A DNA stretch of 64,000 nt from a virus (taxonomy: Duplodnaviria; Caudoviricetes), in the IMG/VR virus record IMGVR_UViG_3300025018_000138, positions 10,816 through 74,815 of that record; one strand, written 5' to 3'. The position numbers and the translations under genes are program-made. A model generated the notes under the pieces. The model was not told where the DNA came from. It did no database searches and saw only the letters and a list, made by a program, of their open reading frames with translations. This document shows positions 45,745 to 56,728 of the stretch, piece by piece (positions within the stretch are counted from its first letter, which is position 1; every line of letters starts with the position of its first letter).

Positions 45745-45766
45745 AAAAAAAGCCCCCGAAGGGGCT
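45745..45766 (-). terminator. Rho-independent terminator
   Basis: AGCCCC-TTCG-GGGGCT followed by T-run. Confidence 0.85.
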
Positions 45767-45771
45767 AAATA

Positions 45772-46710
45772 TTAAAGAAGTACTACTGCTTTTTCAAAAG
45801 CTTTCTCTTTACTCGTAGCACCAGAACCCAACCAAATCGCTTCAAGTTTGTTTGTGCGTTCTTGGTAGTTTTTGTAGTGGTCGTAGTATTCGGTCACTGC
45901 ATTATAAGCACCCCAAAGTGAACCACGTACACCTTTTAAGTCTGTTCCTGCTCCAACTTCAACCAAGCGATTAATCTCCACGATTGTGTTTTCTGCCTGA
46001 GTAGATTCACCTACAACTGCTTTGAAATAAGCATCCATACTTTCAGAGGTCAGTTGTTTTTTGAACATCTCAGCGTACAATTCTTCGATTTTTACTGCTT
46101 GTTTTTTGATGATTCCCATTGATTCGGAAGCAATCATCATATTTGCTCTTGCATTCGTAGTGTGACGAATGTTCACTTTGTTTTTGTTTCCTTTTAATGC
46201 CCAATTCAACGTGTTGTTACATACAACTCGGATTGGAGTTAAAGCCAACTGAATGGATTGTTTACCATTGTGACCGTTTGATAGGAGAACAAAATTCTCA
46301 ACTACATCCCCATGACCAACTTGCATGTATGTAGGCATTTTAGCAAGCATCCATACGATTTCACCTTCTCTTAGTGAACCTGCTGTTTCGAACATTGCTT
46401 CTTTAGCTTCTACGATTGTATCGAAGAATTCAAAAGCATCTCTGTTTTGGATAGGAGTATAACGTCCTGTTCCCATACCTAACACTTTATGGTCAGTGTT
46501 TCTAACCAATGCGAATTGGTTATCGATTTCTAACTGTGTACCATCGGGTAGACCTTGGTATACAATTCTTTTTTCTACAGACCAATGAAGACCTGCTTTT
46601 ACGATAGCATCTTCGGATGTCATCAGACCATCTACTGCTACACCTAGACCGTGCCAAGGTTTTTCGTTATTAGAATTGTTATAAGCCATTGTTTCTACAT
46701 TGTGAGCCAT
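45772..46710 (-). CDS. DUF932/TIGR03299-family phage protein
   Basis: PWHGLG, YTPIQN, ETAGSL, TPIRVVCNNT, GSLWGAYNAVTEY. Confidence 0.9.
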   Translation of the reverse strand: MAHNVETMAYNNSNNEKPWHGLGVAVDGLMTSEDAIVKAGLHWSVEKRIVYQGLPDGTQLEIDNQFALVRNTDHKVLGMGTGRYTPIQNRDAFEFFDTIVEAKEAMFETAGSLREGEIVWMLAKMPTYMQVGHGDVVENFVLLSNGHNGKQSIQLALTPIRVVCNNTLNWALKGNKNKVNIRHTTNARANMMIASESMGIIKKQAVKIEELYAEMFKKQLTSESMDAYFKAVVGESTQAENTIVEINRLVEVGAGTDLKGVRGSLWGAYNAVTEYYDHYKNYQERTNKLEAIWLGSGATSKEKAFEKAVVLL

Positions 46711-46756
46711 GATATTTTTCTTTCGTTATGTTTGGGTGATTGTTGACTTCCTTACT

Positions 46757-46785
46757 AATATAAAAAGAATAATTTAAAAAGTCAA
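46757..46785 (-). promoter_or_regulatory. sigma70-type promoter
   Basis: TTGACT-N17-TATATT. Confidence 0.7.
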
Positions 46786-46811
46786 TAGTTTAATTTAATT
46801 ATTTTCTAAAA

Positions 46812-47297
46812 TTAAGAAATACTTATCGAAAATGGAACAGGTAATCCTGAAGTTGGATTAGTAGTTATTATAACCCCTTTAATTGATTTTATATGATTTT
46901 TGATTTTATCAGTCAATAGTTTACAAAAATCTTGATATGAACGGTCTATATTAGGTATATAGAAAGGAATGCCACCAAAAGCTACAATACTTGATACTTT
47001 GATATTACCATTAATTGGGGATGCTATACCAAAAGTTGTACCCACCCACCCTGAAGAAATTGCACTACCAAAAGCTATACTAAATTGTTGTTTACTTAAT
47101 AATGATGTTAATGTTATTTTCATTAAACTATCATTGAATGTTAATGGTGTATCAATACTATTTGGATAATCATTGGCTACTGCAACTACGTAATCTTTAT
47201 ATATAGTCACGAATTTATCAATATAATCATTCAAATCATTAGATGGTTTAGAATGTAATTCTAAAAGTTTGTTCTCTAAAATAGTAAAATTTACCAT
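46812..47297 (-). CDS. hypothetical protein
   Basis: 161 aa. Confidence 0.5.
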   Translation of the reverse strand: MVNFTILENKLLELHSKPSNDLNDYIDKFVTIYKDYVVAVANDYPNSIDTPLTFNDSLMKITLTSLLSKQQFSIAFGSAISSGWVGTTFGIASPINGNIKVSSIVAFGGIPFYIPNIDRSYQDFCKLLTDKIKNHIKSIKGVIITTNPTSGLPVPFSISIS

Positions 47298-47313
47298 ATT
47301 TTGTATTATTCCT

Positions 47314-48228
47314 TCAACGATTGATTAATTGTTTAAAAGTATTATTTACATGTTCAATAGTATTTAAATAGTACTTTCTTTTTTTTCTATCATTCATAAC
47401 AACTTCATCAAATTTCCATACCATTCTATTATTATATTCTTCATCTGCAATATTATTTATCGTTATCAATTGAATTGGTTGGTCGTTTTTGTCTATTTGG
47501 TTAAATAAAAGCATCAACCAAGTATCCTCAAATCCATAATGATAAAAACTATCTGGTATACCATATACTTTATCCATTGCTATTTTTGAAAAACATGTCA
47601 TACAACCACCACCCCATTTATATTTAATACCATATTTACTATTATCTATAATTCCAATATAAATATTAGTATCAATATTTTCTATTTCGTATTTTACATT
47701 AGTATATTTGTGAAAATTAAAGTCTTTATTTAAAAATTTTTTATTAACCAGACAATCCCATGATGAATCCCATTTTTTAAGTATTTCTGGTGTTATTATA
47801 ATATTTTCTCCATTATAAAAAACCATTATTTGTTCATAATAACTTAAAAAATCATTTTTAAAAATGATATCACTATCTACCCATAAAAAATAATCATATT
47901 GTTTTTTTAAACAATCCCTCCTAGCCGATGTACATCCGTATATATCAATTTTATCTATTATTGGGACAATATTAATATTTTTATTATTGAATTTATGTAA
48001 AATATTATTAAAATATTTTAATATTTCAGCCTTTGAAATTTTAGTTTTAGTCCAATCTACCGAATCATCTATGTCTAAATAAATAAATAAATCCCATTGT
48101 ATTTTACCAATGTTTATTTGTTCATCAAATTGCTTTAGCAACCTTTCGAACATTAAAAATTCACTTGGCATAATATATAAACATATACTACATTTTATTG
48201 TATTATTCAAATTTATAAGTTCTAGCAT
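47314..48228 (-). CDS. GT-A (GT2-like) glycosyltransferase
   Basis: WVDSD DxD, GFED. Confidence 0.7.
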   Translation of the reverse strand: MLELINLNNTIKCSICLYIMPSEFLMFERLLKQFDEQINIGKIQWDLFIYLDIDDSVDWTKTKISKAEILKYFNNILHKFNNKNINIVPIIDKIDIYGCTSARRDCLKKQYDYFLWVDSDIIFKNDFLSYYEQIMVFYNGENIIITPEILKKWDSSWDCLVNKKFLNKDFNFHKYTNVKYEIENIDTNIYIGIIDNSKYGIKYKWGGGCMTCFSKIAMDKVYGIPDSFYHYGFEDTWLMLLFNQIDKNDQPIQLITINNIADEEYNNRMVWKFDEVVMNDRKKRKYYLNTIEHVNNTFKQLINR

Positions 48229-48949
48229 AATTTATGTATTCTTGTAATTTATCTAATTTGCCAATTTTTTTGAAGAATTCATACATATTATAATTAGCTT
48301 TGTCATTATAATTAGAAATTTCTTTACGGTCTGAATATTTTTTAACAGTATAATTTCCTAAGTGTACAATAGGACAATAATCCAAAATACATATTTTCCA
48401 ATTATTTTCTTCACAAATCATACCTGTATATAAATCATTACCCCAACCATATTTCAAAAGGTCATCAAATTGATTTATTTTTTTGATGACATCTATATGT
48501 ATCAAACACGACTGAAAATCTACAAATTTGACATCTCTTGGGGTTTTTGAATTCCAATTGTGCATAGATAACCAATAACATTGTTCATGTTGTACAGGTT
48601 GAATTATCGTTGAAGATACAATTTTATAATCATCATTAAACATAACTCCACGCAAAGTTTTTATAAAATTATAAGGATGGATTATTACATCCGAATTTAA
48701 TAATAGCAATGAGTCGTACAATTCTTGATTATTTAATATAATTTCGAATGCTACATTTACTCCACCACCATAAAAAGTATTACTTGATAAGTCAATCGAT
48801 TCATATTTACATTTTTTATCATCATCAGAGCCATTGTCCAATATAAAAACATCATATAAATCGGATTGGTTTTTTTTTAAATCTTCATATAATGGGTTGG
48901 TTAGTTCAGGAGTATTATAATTTAATATTAAAATTAAAGTTTTTTTCAT
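48203..48949 (-). CDS. GT2 glycosyltransferase
   Basis: ILNYN, DNGSDD, LNSD, WGND. Confidence 0.85.
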   Translation of the reverse strand: MKKTLILILNYNTPELTNPLYEDLKKNQSDLYDVFILDNGSDDDKKCKYESIDLSSNTFYGGGVNVAFEIILNNQELYDSLLLLNSDVIIHPYNFIKTLRGVMFNDDYKIVSSTIIQPVQHEQCYWLSMHNWNSKTPRDVKFVDFQSCLIHIDVIKKINQFDDLLKYGWGNDLYTGMICEENNWKICILDYCPIVHLGNYTVKKYSDRKEISNYNDKANYNMYEFFKKIGKLDKLQEYINYARTYKFE

Positions 48950-49617
48950 AATTTTATATAATCGTTAATTAAAAATTCATTGTTATAAGGTTCAGTCCCA
49001 TTAAATTCGTATAAACATTTTATTTTCGATTCGTGACTACTACCTATCCAAAATTCTGCACCATATCTATCACCGTTATTATCTAAATAACTAGAATTTA
49101 AGGTAAGTATATTTTTTGAATTAGTCCACCAATAGTTTCCTGAATAATGAGGATGAAAACCTAAAAAGGTATTTTCTCTATACAAAACACCGACCGAGTC
49201 GTAACCACTTTCAAGTTGAATTATACAATTTTCCCATCCGTATATTATATAATGTTCCATCAATCGTCTCCATTGATTGGTATTATACGTTGCTCTTGTT
49301 ATTCCTTTTGTGTGAAAATAACAAATATAGCAATCTTTAGTTTTTGCAAATTCGAGTATTAACCTCAAAGTATTTTTTTCTTCAAGTGCATTATCTTTGT
49401 GTAAAATAATTTGGATTTTGGGATACTGACTGATTAGATTTTGTAACCAATGTAAATCTTTTTCTTCGACATAATTCACTCCTATAAAAATATTTGAAAC
49501 ATTATTGTATAATTTAGATTGAAATAGATTTGTAAGTTGTTCTTGTACTAATTGTTTATAATTTTTACTTAAATATACATGATAAAAAATTACTTTTTCC
49601 ATATTCCAATCCCACAT
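48946..49617 (-). CDS. putative glycosyltransferase-like protein
   Basis: YHVY, YFHTKG, HYSGNYWW pattern typical of phage glyco clusters. Confidence 0.5.
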   Translation of the reverse strand: MWDWNMEKVIFYHVYLSKNYKQLVQEQLTNLFQSKLYNNVSNIFIGVNYVEEKDLHWLQNLISQYPKIQIILHKDNALEEKNTLRLILEFAKTKDCYICYFHTKGITRATYNTNQWRRLMEHYIIYGWENCIIQLESGYDSVGVLYRENTFLGFHPHYSGNYWWTNSKNILTLNSSYLDNNGDRYGAEFWIGSSHESKIKCLYEFNGTEPYNNEFLINDYIKL

Positions 49618-50246
49618 TTATCAGACTTAATAAATTCCAAACAATTTTGTTTTTTTATTTCGTTCCATAAATTATTTACACCTGAACATTGGTGACTTGC
49701 TATATCATGAAAAACTAAGTATCCATCTTTTTTTAATAATTTCTCACTATTAATAAAATCGAATTTTACTCCATCATAAGAATGGTCTCCATCTATAAAA
49801 ATAATATCAAATTTTTCATCAGGATGTTCATCAAAAAATTTTCGACTTGTTCCATCAAAAAATACGATTTTAGTATTTGTATTTTTTTGAAGAAATGAAA
49901 TATTTTGTCGAATGGTATTTTTCTGTTCATTTCCCCAATAAGATGAATTATCTATCGCAACACTTAATTTCAGTAACGGTTGAATGTAAGTTTCTATTAA
50001 AAAAGAACCACCTTTACCTACACCGATGTTAAGATATGATTCAAACTTATGGTTTTTTAAAAACCATAAATATTCCACGTATTCTTCGGGGATTTGTTGT
50101 ATTTCTAATCCCCCATATTTTAAATTGTCCCCAAACCAATTTGGGTGATTTACACCTGCTTCATTTTTAAGCCAATTTAATAATTCTTCTTTTGTTAATT
50201 TGTTTATATTTGTCATTGTTATAAAATTTTTAGTTCGGGAAAACAT
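49590..50246 (-). CDS. class I SAM methyltransferase (Methyltransf_24-like)
   Basis: LNIGVGKGG, FIDGDHSY, FHD. Confidence 0.85.
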   Translation of the reverse strand: MFSRTKNFITMTNINKLTKEELLNWLKNEAGVNHPNWFGDNLKYGGLEIQQIPEEYVEYLWFLKNHKFESYLNIGVGKGGSFLIETYIQPLLKLSVAIDNSSYWGNEQKNTIRQNISFLQKNTNTKIVFFDGTSRKFFDEHPDEKFDIIFIDGDHSYDGVKFDFINSEKLLKKDGYLVFHDIASHQCSGVNNLWNEIKKQNCLEFIKSDKCGIGIWKK

Positions 50247-51433
50247 ATTATAAATTTTTCATCGTAAATATCCGATAATGATTCCATTATATATTCTTTA
50301 AAATTATGAGATAGTATCAATATGTAATCAGGCTTATACGTTTGAATTATGTTTCTATCGACTATTTCAATTCCAAGTTTGGGCAAAAATTTTCCTTGTT
50401 TTATATCCGTATCATCTATTATATATGGAATATCAGTATAATCTAACCCTAAACTATTTAAAAAAATACCACCTTTGGCTGATGCTCCAAATCCTACAAT
50501 TTTATATCCATCTTCAATCAACGTATTAATGAAAGTTTTACAATCATTTATATGGTTTTTTATATTTTTCCCCCAATTTATATGAGAATCTAAAGTATAT
50601 TTCTTTTCCATTTCTATATATTTTTCTACCGAACCATCTGATTTAATAACATTAGAAGTATCATGAGATATAATCAAACGTAAAGAACCTGAGTGCATAT
50701 CATGAAAAATTATAACATTTATTTTTAAATTATGTTTCTGCATTAATTTTACTAATGGTGATACGGAGTAATAATAAATATGCTCGTGATAAATTTGGTC
50801 GAACTGATTAGTATTCATATTATGAATCCAATATGGAAATTCCAATACCCAAATACCATCTTCTTTTAATATTTTTTTAATAGTTTTAACAAATTCATCT
50901 ATGTTTTTTAAGTGCTGAAATACATTTGTAGAAATAATTACATCGAATTTGTCACTTACATGTTCGAATACATTTTCATTAAAAAAGTTGTTAATAGTAG
51001 GAATTCCAATCGATTTGGAAATTTTAGATAAATTATCCGAAGGTTCTATATTTAATAACTTTAATTTTTTATCGGAACAATCTTTAAATGTTTTTAATAA
51101 AGTACCATCGTTACCCCCTATATCCATGATGTTGGTATTATCATCTATATTTACCATAGATTGTATATATTCAAACATTTTTTTACAATGTTCGATATAA
51201 GGTTTATTCACTGACGTTTTAAACAAGTAATTATTAAATAATTTTTTAGCTTCGATTTCATTAGTTAACGATGTTAACCCCGATTCATTGAAATATTGAA
51301 GTTCGAGTTTATATGTTTTTATTTTTAAAGAATCCTCTCGTGTCAAACATAAATCGTTGACTAACGGCATATTACCTAAGTTGAAATATTTTGTGGAAGT
51401 TTCCGTTTGTGTTATTGGACATATGTTTATCAT
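50219..51433 (-). CDS. NDP-sugar C-methyltransferase
   Basis: MDIGGNDG, YHEH, H.GS, GFGASAKG, DDT..KQG motifs. Confidence 0.88.
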   Translation of the reverse strand: MINICPITQTETSTKYFNLGNMPLVNDLCLTREDSLKIKTYKLELQYFNESGLTSLTNEIEAKKLFNNYLFKTSVNKPYIEHCKKMFEYIQSMVNIDDNTNIMDIGGNDGTLLKTFKDCSDKKLKLLNIEPSDNLSKISKSIGIPTINNFFNENVFEHVSDKFDVIISTNVFQHLKNIDEFVKTIKKILKEDGIWVLEFPYWIHNMNTNQFDQIYHEHIYYYSVSPLVKLMQKHNLKINVIIFHDMHSGSLRLIISHDTSNVIKSDGSVEKYIEMEKKYTLDSHINWGKNIKNHINDCKTFINTLIEDGYKIVGFGASAKGGIFLNSLGLDYTDIPYIIDDTDIKQGKFLPKLGIEIVDRNIIQTYKPDYILILSHNFKEYIMESLSDIYDEKFIICFPELKIL

Positions 51434-51459
51434 TTTAATACTAATTACTCTCTAATGCT

Positions 51460-52155
51460 TTATAATTTGTTATATAAATCGTTTTGTTGTTCCTGTTTAC
51501 TAATTTCTTTAACATGGAGGATTTCTAATTCATCACCTAAAGTTGCATAATTTTTTATATTAGTCAATTTTTCATGCACTTTACCCGACCATACAATATT
51601 ATTTCGTTTTACATGAATTCTACCTTGAAAATCGGGATAATTTATTCTGTTAAACTGGTCTAATCTCCAACCCCATCGTTGGACATGACTTGGTGTAATA
51701 CCATTGACATAATTAGCCCTTGTACAATAGATTAAATCTAAAGTTGGATTTTCTTTAAATACATGATATGCTACAATAAAAAAGTTATCAGAAACTTGTT
51801 CATCAGCATCTAACCATAATACAATATTTCCATCTTTTATATGTTCAAATACTACATTTCTAAATGCTGAAAAGTCTCCTTCAAATTTAGTAAATACAAA
51901 AATAAAATCATCCACGTTAATAGATGATTTTATTTGATTAAAAAAATCAGATTCTTTAGTCACTTTAGATTCATCCAATAGTATAACAGGTTTATCAAAA
52001 ATATTGATATTGTTAAACATTTGGTCTGAAATGCTAGTTAATAATCTAAATGTTTCTGATTCACCACATGTTACTATAATAGGTGTTAATTTCATATTAG
52101 ACTCCTGTACTCCCAAAACCACCAATACCACGTACTGTTTCTGATAAGTCATCAA
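51460..52155 (-). CDS. GT2-like glycosyltransferase
   Basis: DFSAFRN, LDADE, YPDFQGRI, W.GKVHE. Confidence 0.8.
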   Translation of the reverse strand: MMTYQKQYVVLVVLGVQESNMKLTPIIVTCGESETFRLLTSISDQMFNNINIFDKPVILLDESKVTKESDFFNQIKSSINVDDFIFVFTKFEGDFSAFRNVVFEHIKDGNIVLWLDADEQVSDNFFIVAYHVFKENPTLDLIYCTRANYVNGITPSHVQRWGWRLDQFNRINYPDFQGRIHVKRNNIVWSGKVHEKLTNIKNYATLGDELEILHVKEISKQEQQNDLYNKL

Positions 52156-52525
52156 CTATTTTGAATCCATTTAATGTTAAAACAGGTACAAATACTATTT
52201 GTCCTACTTTATCACCAAAATTATAGCTTTCATCACTATCCGATGTTTGATAATATCTAAAACGTATAGTTCCTCTATAATCAGGGTCTATTACACCAAC
52301 ACTATTTTTTAACATTAAATCCATTTTTGTAACTGAACTTCTTGGAAATAATAAACCGACATATCCTATTGGAATAGTCATCGCAACACCTGTATCATAT
52401 TCTATATATTTTTGAGTATGATTCACATTTATACAAGTCATATCATACCCCACAGCATTTTCAGAACCTTTTGATGGTATCGTTGCATGTTCATCAACTA
52501 ATTTTATTTCTATATAATTTAACAT
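52097..52525 (-). CDS. dut: trimeric dUTPase
   Basis: AVGYD, PRSS, GVIDPDYRG, RGIGGFGSTG. Confidence 0.95.
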   Translation of the reverse strand: MLNYIEIKLVDEHATIPSKGSENAVGYDMTCINVNHTQKYIEYDTGVAMTIPIGYVGLLFPRSSVTKMDLMLKNSVGVIDPDYRGTIRFRYYQTSDSDESYNFGDKVGQIVFVPVLTLNGFKIVDDLSETVRGIGGFGSTGV

Positions 52526-52526
52526 A

Positions 52527-53819
52527 TTATTCTACCTTTTTAATATTTAACGATTTTAAATTTGGTAATTTGATTTGTAATTGTTTAGCATGATAATTTG
52601 CAATAACATTAGTAATCTGTTTTGATACAGATTCATATCCAAATTTTGTTTTAATTTCTTCAATATTAGACAAATTTTTTGTGAAATCAAAATTATTTCC
52701 ACTTCGATTAATATATTTCAAATATCCTTTTAGCGAATCAATATTTATTTCATACCACTTAGAGCCTTGTACTAATATTTTACCCATAACAGCTGATGGT
52801 GGAATATCTTTAAAAGCGCCCTTCATATAACTAACATTTTCACAACCGATAGTAAAATCCCTAAATGCTCCAACTTCGGGTACAATTAATGGTTTATTAG
52901 ATAAAACGGCATCCAAAATCATTCTTCCAAATCCCTCACCTTTAGTGGGATAAATATTAGCAATGTTTTTTTCATGGGATAGTAAGGCAAATAAGAACTG
53001 TGGGGATAGATGACCTGATAAAACAAGTAATGGAGCATTATCTTTAGATTTGATTTCTAAATCGACTACTGAGATTGCTTTTTTAAATAGATAATCAGTC
53101 ATATAACTGCTATTTAAGCCATTCAATTTAGCAACTAATGCTATCTTATCAGTTGATTTAAATTGCTCTTTAAAAGCGATGTATAAGTCTCTGAATCCTT
53201 TTCTATCTCCACCCGATTCTAATTTATCAGGTGATACTTGACCCGATGTGAACATAAATTTTTCAATACCATTATCTTCTAATGATTTATTAAACTGTAC
53301 CATTATCTTTTTATCATCATTAGTCAACGGATTAAATATCCGTTCATCATAAGATTCGGGAATGACTTCCACTTGCTTATGTAATCTGAGTTTCTGCGAT
53401 GGGTCTTGATTATTTATATATTCAGTATTTAAAAATACGTTTTTTACAAATTCGGATGGTACAACTATTAAATCTAAATTTGATTTATTCAATATATCAA
53501 TCCATTCGGGAGATATGTTGTCAACTTCTACACCTGATGTAAATAATATATTCCGTTTACCGATTAATTGTCTCATATCTTCGGGTACACCAATGACAAT
53601 AAATAAATCGGGTTGTTGGTTTAGTTGTGGGTTTGATAATATCGTAGATTCTAATTCTTTAAATTTAGAATTTTTCAATCCTGTATTTACATTGTTACCC
53701 CAATTCGTTGGTAATATTTTAACATCATTACCAAATTCTTTGAAAATAGCATAAGAGATTTCTCTTGCTTTATGTCCATATCCACTTTCGGATAAAATGG
53801 GTGCTTGTATTAATATCAT
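52527..53819 (-). CDS. GT-B (GT4-like) glycosyltransferase
   Basis: SESGYG, RKG, KGEGFG. Confidence 0.8.
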   Translation of the reverse strand: MILIQAPILSESGYGHKAREISYAIFKEFGNDVKILPTNWGNNVNTGLKNSKFKELESTILSNPQLNQQPDLFIVIGVPEDMRQLIGKRNILFTSGVEVDNISPEWIDILNKSNLDLIVVPSEFVKNVFLNTEYINNQDPSQKLRLHKQVEVIPESYDERIFNPLTNDDKKIMVQFNKSLEDNGIEKFMFTSGQVSPDKLESGGDRKGFRDLYIAFKEQFKSTDKIALVAKLNGLNSSYMTDYLFKKAISVVDLEIKSKDNAPLLVLSGHLSPQFLFALLSHEKNIANIYPTKGEGFGRMILDAVLSNKPLIVPEVGAFRDFTIGCENVSYMKGAFKDIPPSAVMGKILVQGSKWYEINIDSLKGYLKYINRSGNNFDFTKNLSNIEEIKTKFGYESVSKQITNVIANYHAKQLQIKLPNLKSLNIKKVE

Positions 53820-53821
53820 GG

Positions 53822-54190
53822 TTATTCTATTAGTTTAATTTGATTCATCATCAGGTTCGTAAATTTTGAGCCTGATATTTCGACTTCTGTAATGTTATGT
53901 GAATTTTTATAGATTGATGCTACTGTCACAGGAGTTTTATCATATGATGAAAAAACTTGCATCCCTACTTTGATATCCTGTTCATCAACGGTAGTATTAA
54001 ATACAGGATATTTGATACCATATTTACCAATCACCTCAGTCACTTCAGATGATTTGTAAGTTGGTTTTTTCTTTGTTTTCTTTGTTTTGATGTGTTTTTT
54101 AACACTACTTCTATCTACAAATTTAATATTTATAGATGTTGAGTTCTGGTCTTGGTTCGAAATTGCTAACTGTTTTTTCAATGACTTCAT
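53822..54190 (-). CDS. hypothetical protein
   Basis: 122 aa. Confidence 0.5.
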   Translation of the reverse strand: MKSLKKQLAISNQDQNSTSINIKFVDRSSVKKHIKTKKTKKKPTYKSSEVTEVIGKYGIKYPVFNTTVDEQDIKVGMQVFSSYDKTPVTVASIYKNSHNITEVEISGSKFTNLMMNQIKLIE

Positions 54191-55520
54191 AAATATCGTT
54201 TGCCATTATTTTATTAGTAAATCTAGTTCTAACGTATGTTGCTCCATATGTTTGAGCATTGTGTTTCAATATATCAATATTTTCATACATTTTCAATAGA
54301 CCATCAGATAAAGTTATAATTGAAATTCTATCTTCATAGATATACGGAGTAATTATAGCACCAATCATAGTTGATGCATCAGCATACATGGGTATTGACC
54401 ATTCTTTACCAACGTATTCGTCTTCGTAATTACATTCAAATTGTTTTACTAACTGTTTTTGTAAATCTAAGTGTCTTGATTTATGTGCAGAATCTTCATC
54501 CCATGTCTTTTTGTATGGGAATTGGTCTTGTATACCACCTGTTACAGTATGTAATACGGGTACACCACTCATAACTGCTTCAAGTACAGGTAAACCGAAT
54601 CCTTCTGCGTTAGAATTGTTAATGAAAGCATCAGAAGTATTATACAATATTGCCAAATCTTCATCAGATAATAATCCATTATCTGTAAATAGAATATTTG
54701 CAGAACCGTATTCAGTTTTCATTTGTAATTGAGCCTGAATCAAATCACTTCCTTCTTCTGCGATAGGATTTGTGTGCATGATAAGAACTGTATTGTTTTT
54801 AAAATTTTCATCTTTGTTACAAGCAGTATAATATGCGTATATCATATCCAACGGATGTTTTCTATGTTGGTTTTTTCCTACCCATAAGAATACTTTTTTG
54901 TGAGGTAATGATTCCACGATGTCTTTATAATGATTATACTTATCTCCCATGCTTTTTTTCATTAAATCCTTGATTTGAGTAAGGTTTAATTTTTTATGTT
55001 TGAATGTGTTATCATCTACACCATGTGGTACAAATGCAATGATTCGATTAGATTTATCTTCAGGGAGAAGTAGATTTTCTATAATGTTTTTAGTCTGTGA
55101 ATTAATACAAATAAGCGCATCACAAGACTTATAAAATGGATAATTATATTTAGGAATTGGATAATTATCCCAAATATTATAGTAAATATATGGTACAAAC
55201 TGACGTATTTCGTATTCTACACTAAATAAGTCATAGAAATGTCTTGGGTCAGTTATAAAAAACACAAAATCAGGTTTTTCTTCTTCAAAAACCTTTCGAA
55301 TCATGTCTGCACTTCCATATCCATGTGGAGATGGAATAATTTTACACACATCTTTATAATTTACAATTGTATTAGGTTCTGGATGATTTCTCGCCCCACC
55401 AATCTGTACCCAATCGATGTTTGGTGCAGTATTTATTATTATTTCTTTTAACGCCCTAGCAACACCTGTGAAGAATCTGATATCATCTCCTAGTGCTAAT
55501 CCTTTAAGTTTTTTTTTCAT
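54123..55520 (-). CDS. GT4 glycosyltransferase
   Basis: TGVAR, GKNQHRK, AEGFGLPVLEA. Confidence 0.88.
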   Translation of the reverse strand: MKKKLKGLALGDDIRFFTGVARALKEIIINTAPNIDWVQIGGARNHPEPNTIVNYKDVCKIIPSPHGYGSADMIRKVFEEEKPDFVFFITDPRHFYDLFSVEYEIRQFVPYIYYNIWDNYPIPKYNYPFYKSCDALICINSQTKNIIENLLLPEDKSNRIIAFVPHGVDDNTFKHKKLNLTQIKDLMKKSMGDKYNHYKDIVESLPHKKVFLWVGKNQHRKHPLDMIYAYYTACNKDENFKNNTVLIMHTNPIAEEGSDLIQAQLQMKTEYGSANILFTDNGLLSDEDLAILYNTSDAFINNSNAEGFGLPVLEAVMSGVPVLHTVTGGIQDQFPYKKTWDEDSAHKSRHLDLQKQLVKQFECNYEDEYVGKEWSIPMYADASTMIGAIITPYIYEDRISIITLSDGLLKMYENIDILKHNAQTYGATYVRTRFTNKIMANDIYEVIEKTVSNFEPRPELNIYKY

Positions 55521-56335
55521 ATTATCTTATTATTTAATAAAATTATTTTTTCTAAGAAGTTATCTATAACTAAATCGATAGAATTTAATATCTCTGTTGT
55601 TATTGTAGTATGTTTTTCCATATTTGGAATGGGAATAACTGCTTGTTCGGGCATATCATTCATATCAGGCATATCATTTATAGATGGTAAAAATATATTG
55701 GTGTTATCATCCGATGGATAAATGATATTAATACTTTCCATAAACGTTTTAAAATTTGTTATCTGTTTGGTTAACAGGTCAACTTGTTCGTGGGTTTGGT
55801 CAATTCTTTTCTTGTTGTAAGCCCTCGGTTTTATTAAGACATAATCTAATTCACCCAATTTTGGGTCTGATTCTAGAATGTTCATTTTATTTTCAGGTGT
55901 AAATACATTTTTGAATGTTTCAGATGTATTAATAACATCTTTTATCATTTTTAATGATTCGTACTTATCAATCGATGCTACTGTTTCGACTGCAAATAAA
56001 AAATCATAAATTAAAAATATACCTAAGTCTCTATAATCGCCTACAGTTTTCTCTATAATATCAATCATTTCTTGAATATTATTCAAATCAAAATTTTTCA
56101 CATCAACTGCATAAAACATTATTAATTCATGTTGTTCTTGTTCTTTAACATGATATAAAAACGCATATTTAAAATCTTCAAACTCGTTTATATTTACAAC
56201 ATTAGTAAACATAGATGGAGTTTCAGATTTTTTAATGTAATCTTCATAAGTTTTTAATAAAATCGATTTGAATTTATCTTGTCCTTCAATGCTACTATCA
56301 AAAAAAAGTAGTTTAAAACGTCTATTTTTATTCAT
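55517..56335 (-). CDS. hypothetical protein
   Basis: 272 aa. Confidence 0.55.
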   Translation of the reverse strand: MNKNRRFKLLFFDSSIEGQDKFKSILLKTYEDYIKKSETPSMFTNVVNINEFEDFKYAFLYHVKEQEQHELIMFYAVDVKNFDLNNIQEMIDIIEKTVGDYRDLGIFLIYDFLFAVETVASIDKYESLKMIKDVINTSETFKNVFTPENKMNILESDPKLGELDYVLIKPRAYNKKRIDQTHEQVDLLTKQITNFKTFMESINIIYPSDDNTNIFLPSINDMPDMNDMPEQAVIPIPNMEKHTTITTEILNSIDLVIDNFLEKIILLNNKII

Positions 56336-56726
56336 GCATACCTGCCATTTGAATATATGTTATGTATTCGGAAGATGGTATTATTTTTAAATACATTTCT
56401 GCTTCCTTATCTGTTAATTGATACAGTAATTTTAAAGATTTTTTTATACCCACAAAAGATTCCAATTTAGTAGTTTTTTTACCTAGATATGTAAAATCAT
56501 ATCTACCACGAGGAATAATATTGAATAAAATGATATAAAGTTCTTTATCTGTAAACTTGTTTTCTATGGTATTAAGAGTATTTACTATAGGTAAAAGATT
56601 CTTATCCATACTTAGATATTTTAAAATCATAAAAGAAGACCATTTTTTACGGTCTTCCTCACTAAGATTATCAAAATCTATATATGATTTATTACAAATA
56701 CTATATAGATATTGGAAAAGGTTCAT
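56328..56726 (-). CDS. clamp-loader small subunit (T4 gp62-like)
   Basis: F+I+KYLSM pattern, size and synteny with gp44/gp45-like genes. Confidence 0.65.
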   Translation of the reverse strand: MNLFQYLYSICNKSYIDFDNLSEEDRKKWSSFMILKYLSMDKNLLPIVNTLNTIENKFTDKELYIILFNIIPRGRYDFTYLGKKTTKLESFVGIKKSLKLLYQLTDKEAEMYLKIIPSSEYITYIQMAGMHE

Positions 56727-56728
56727 AA

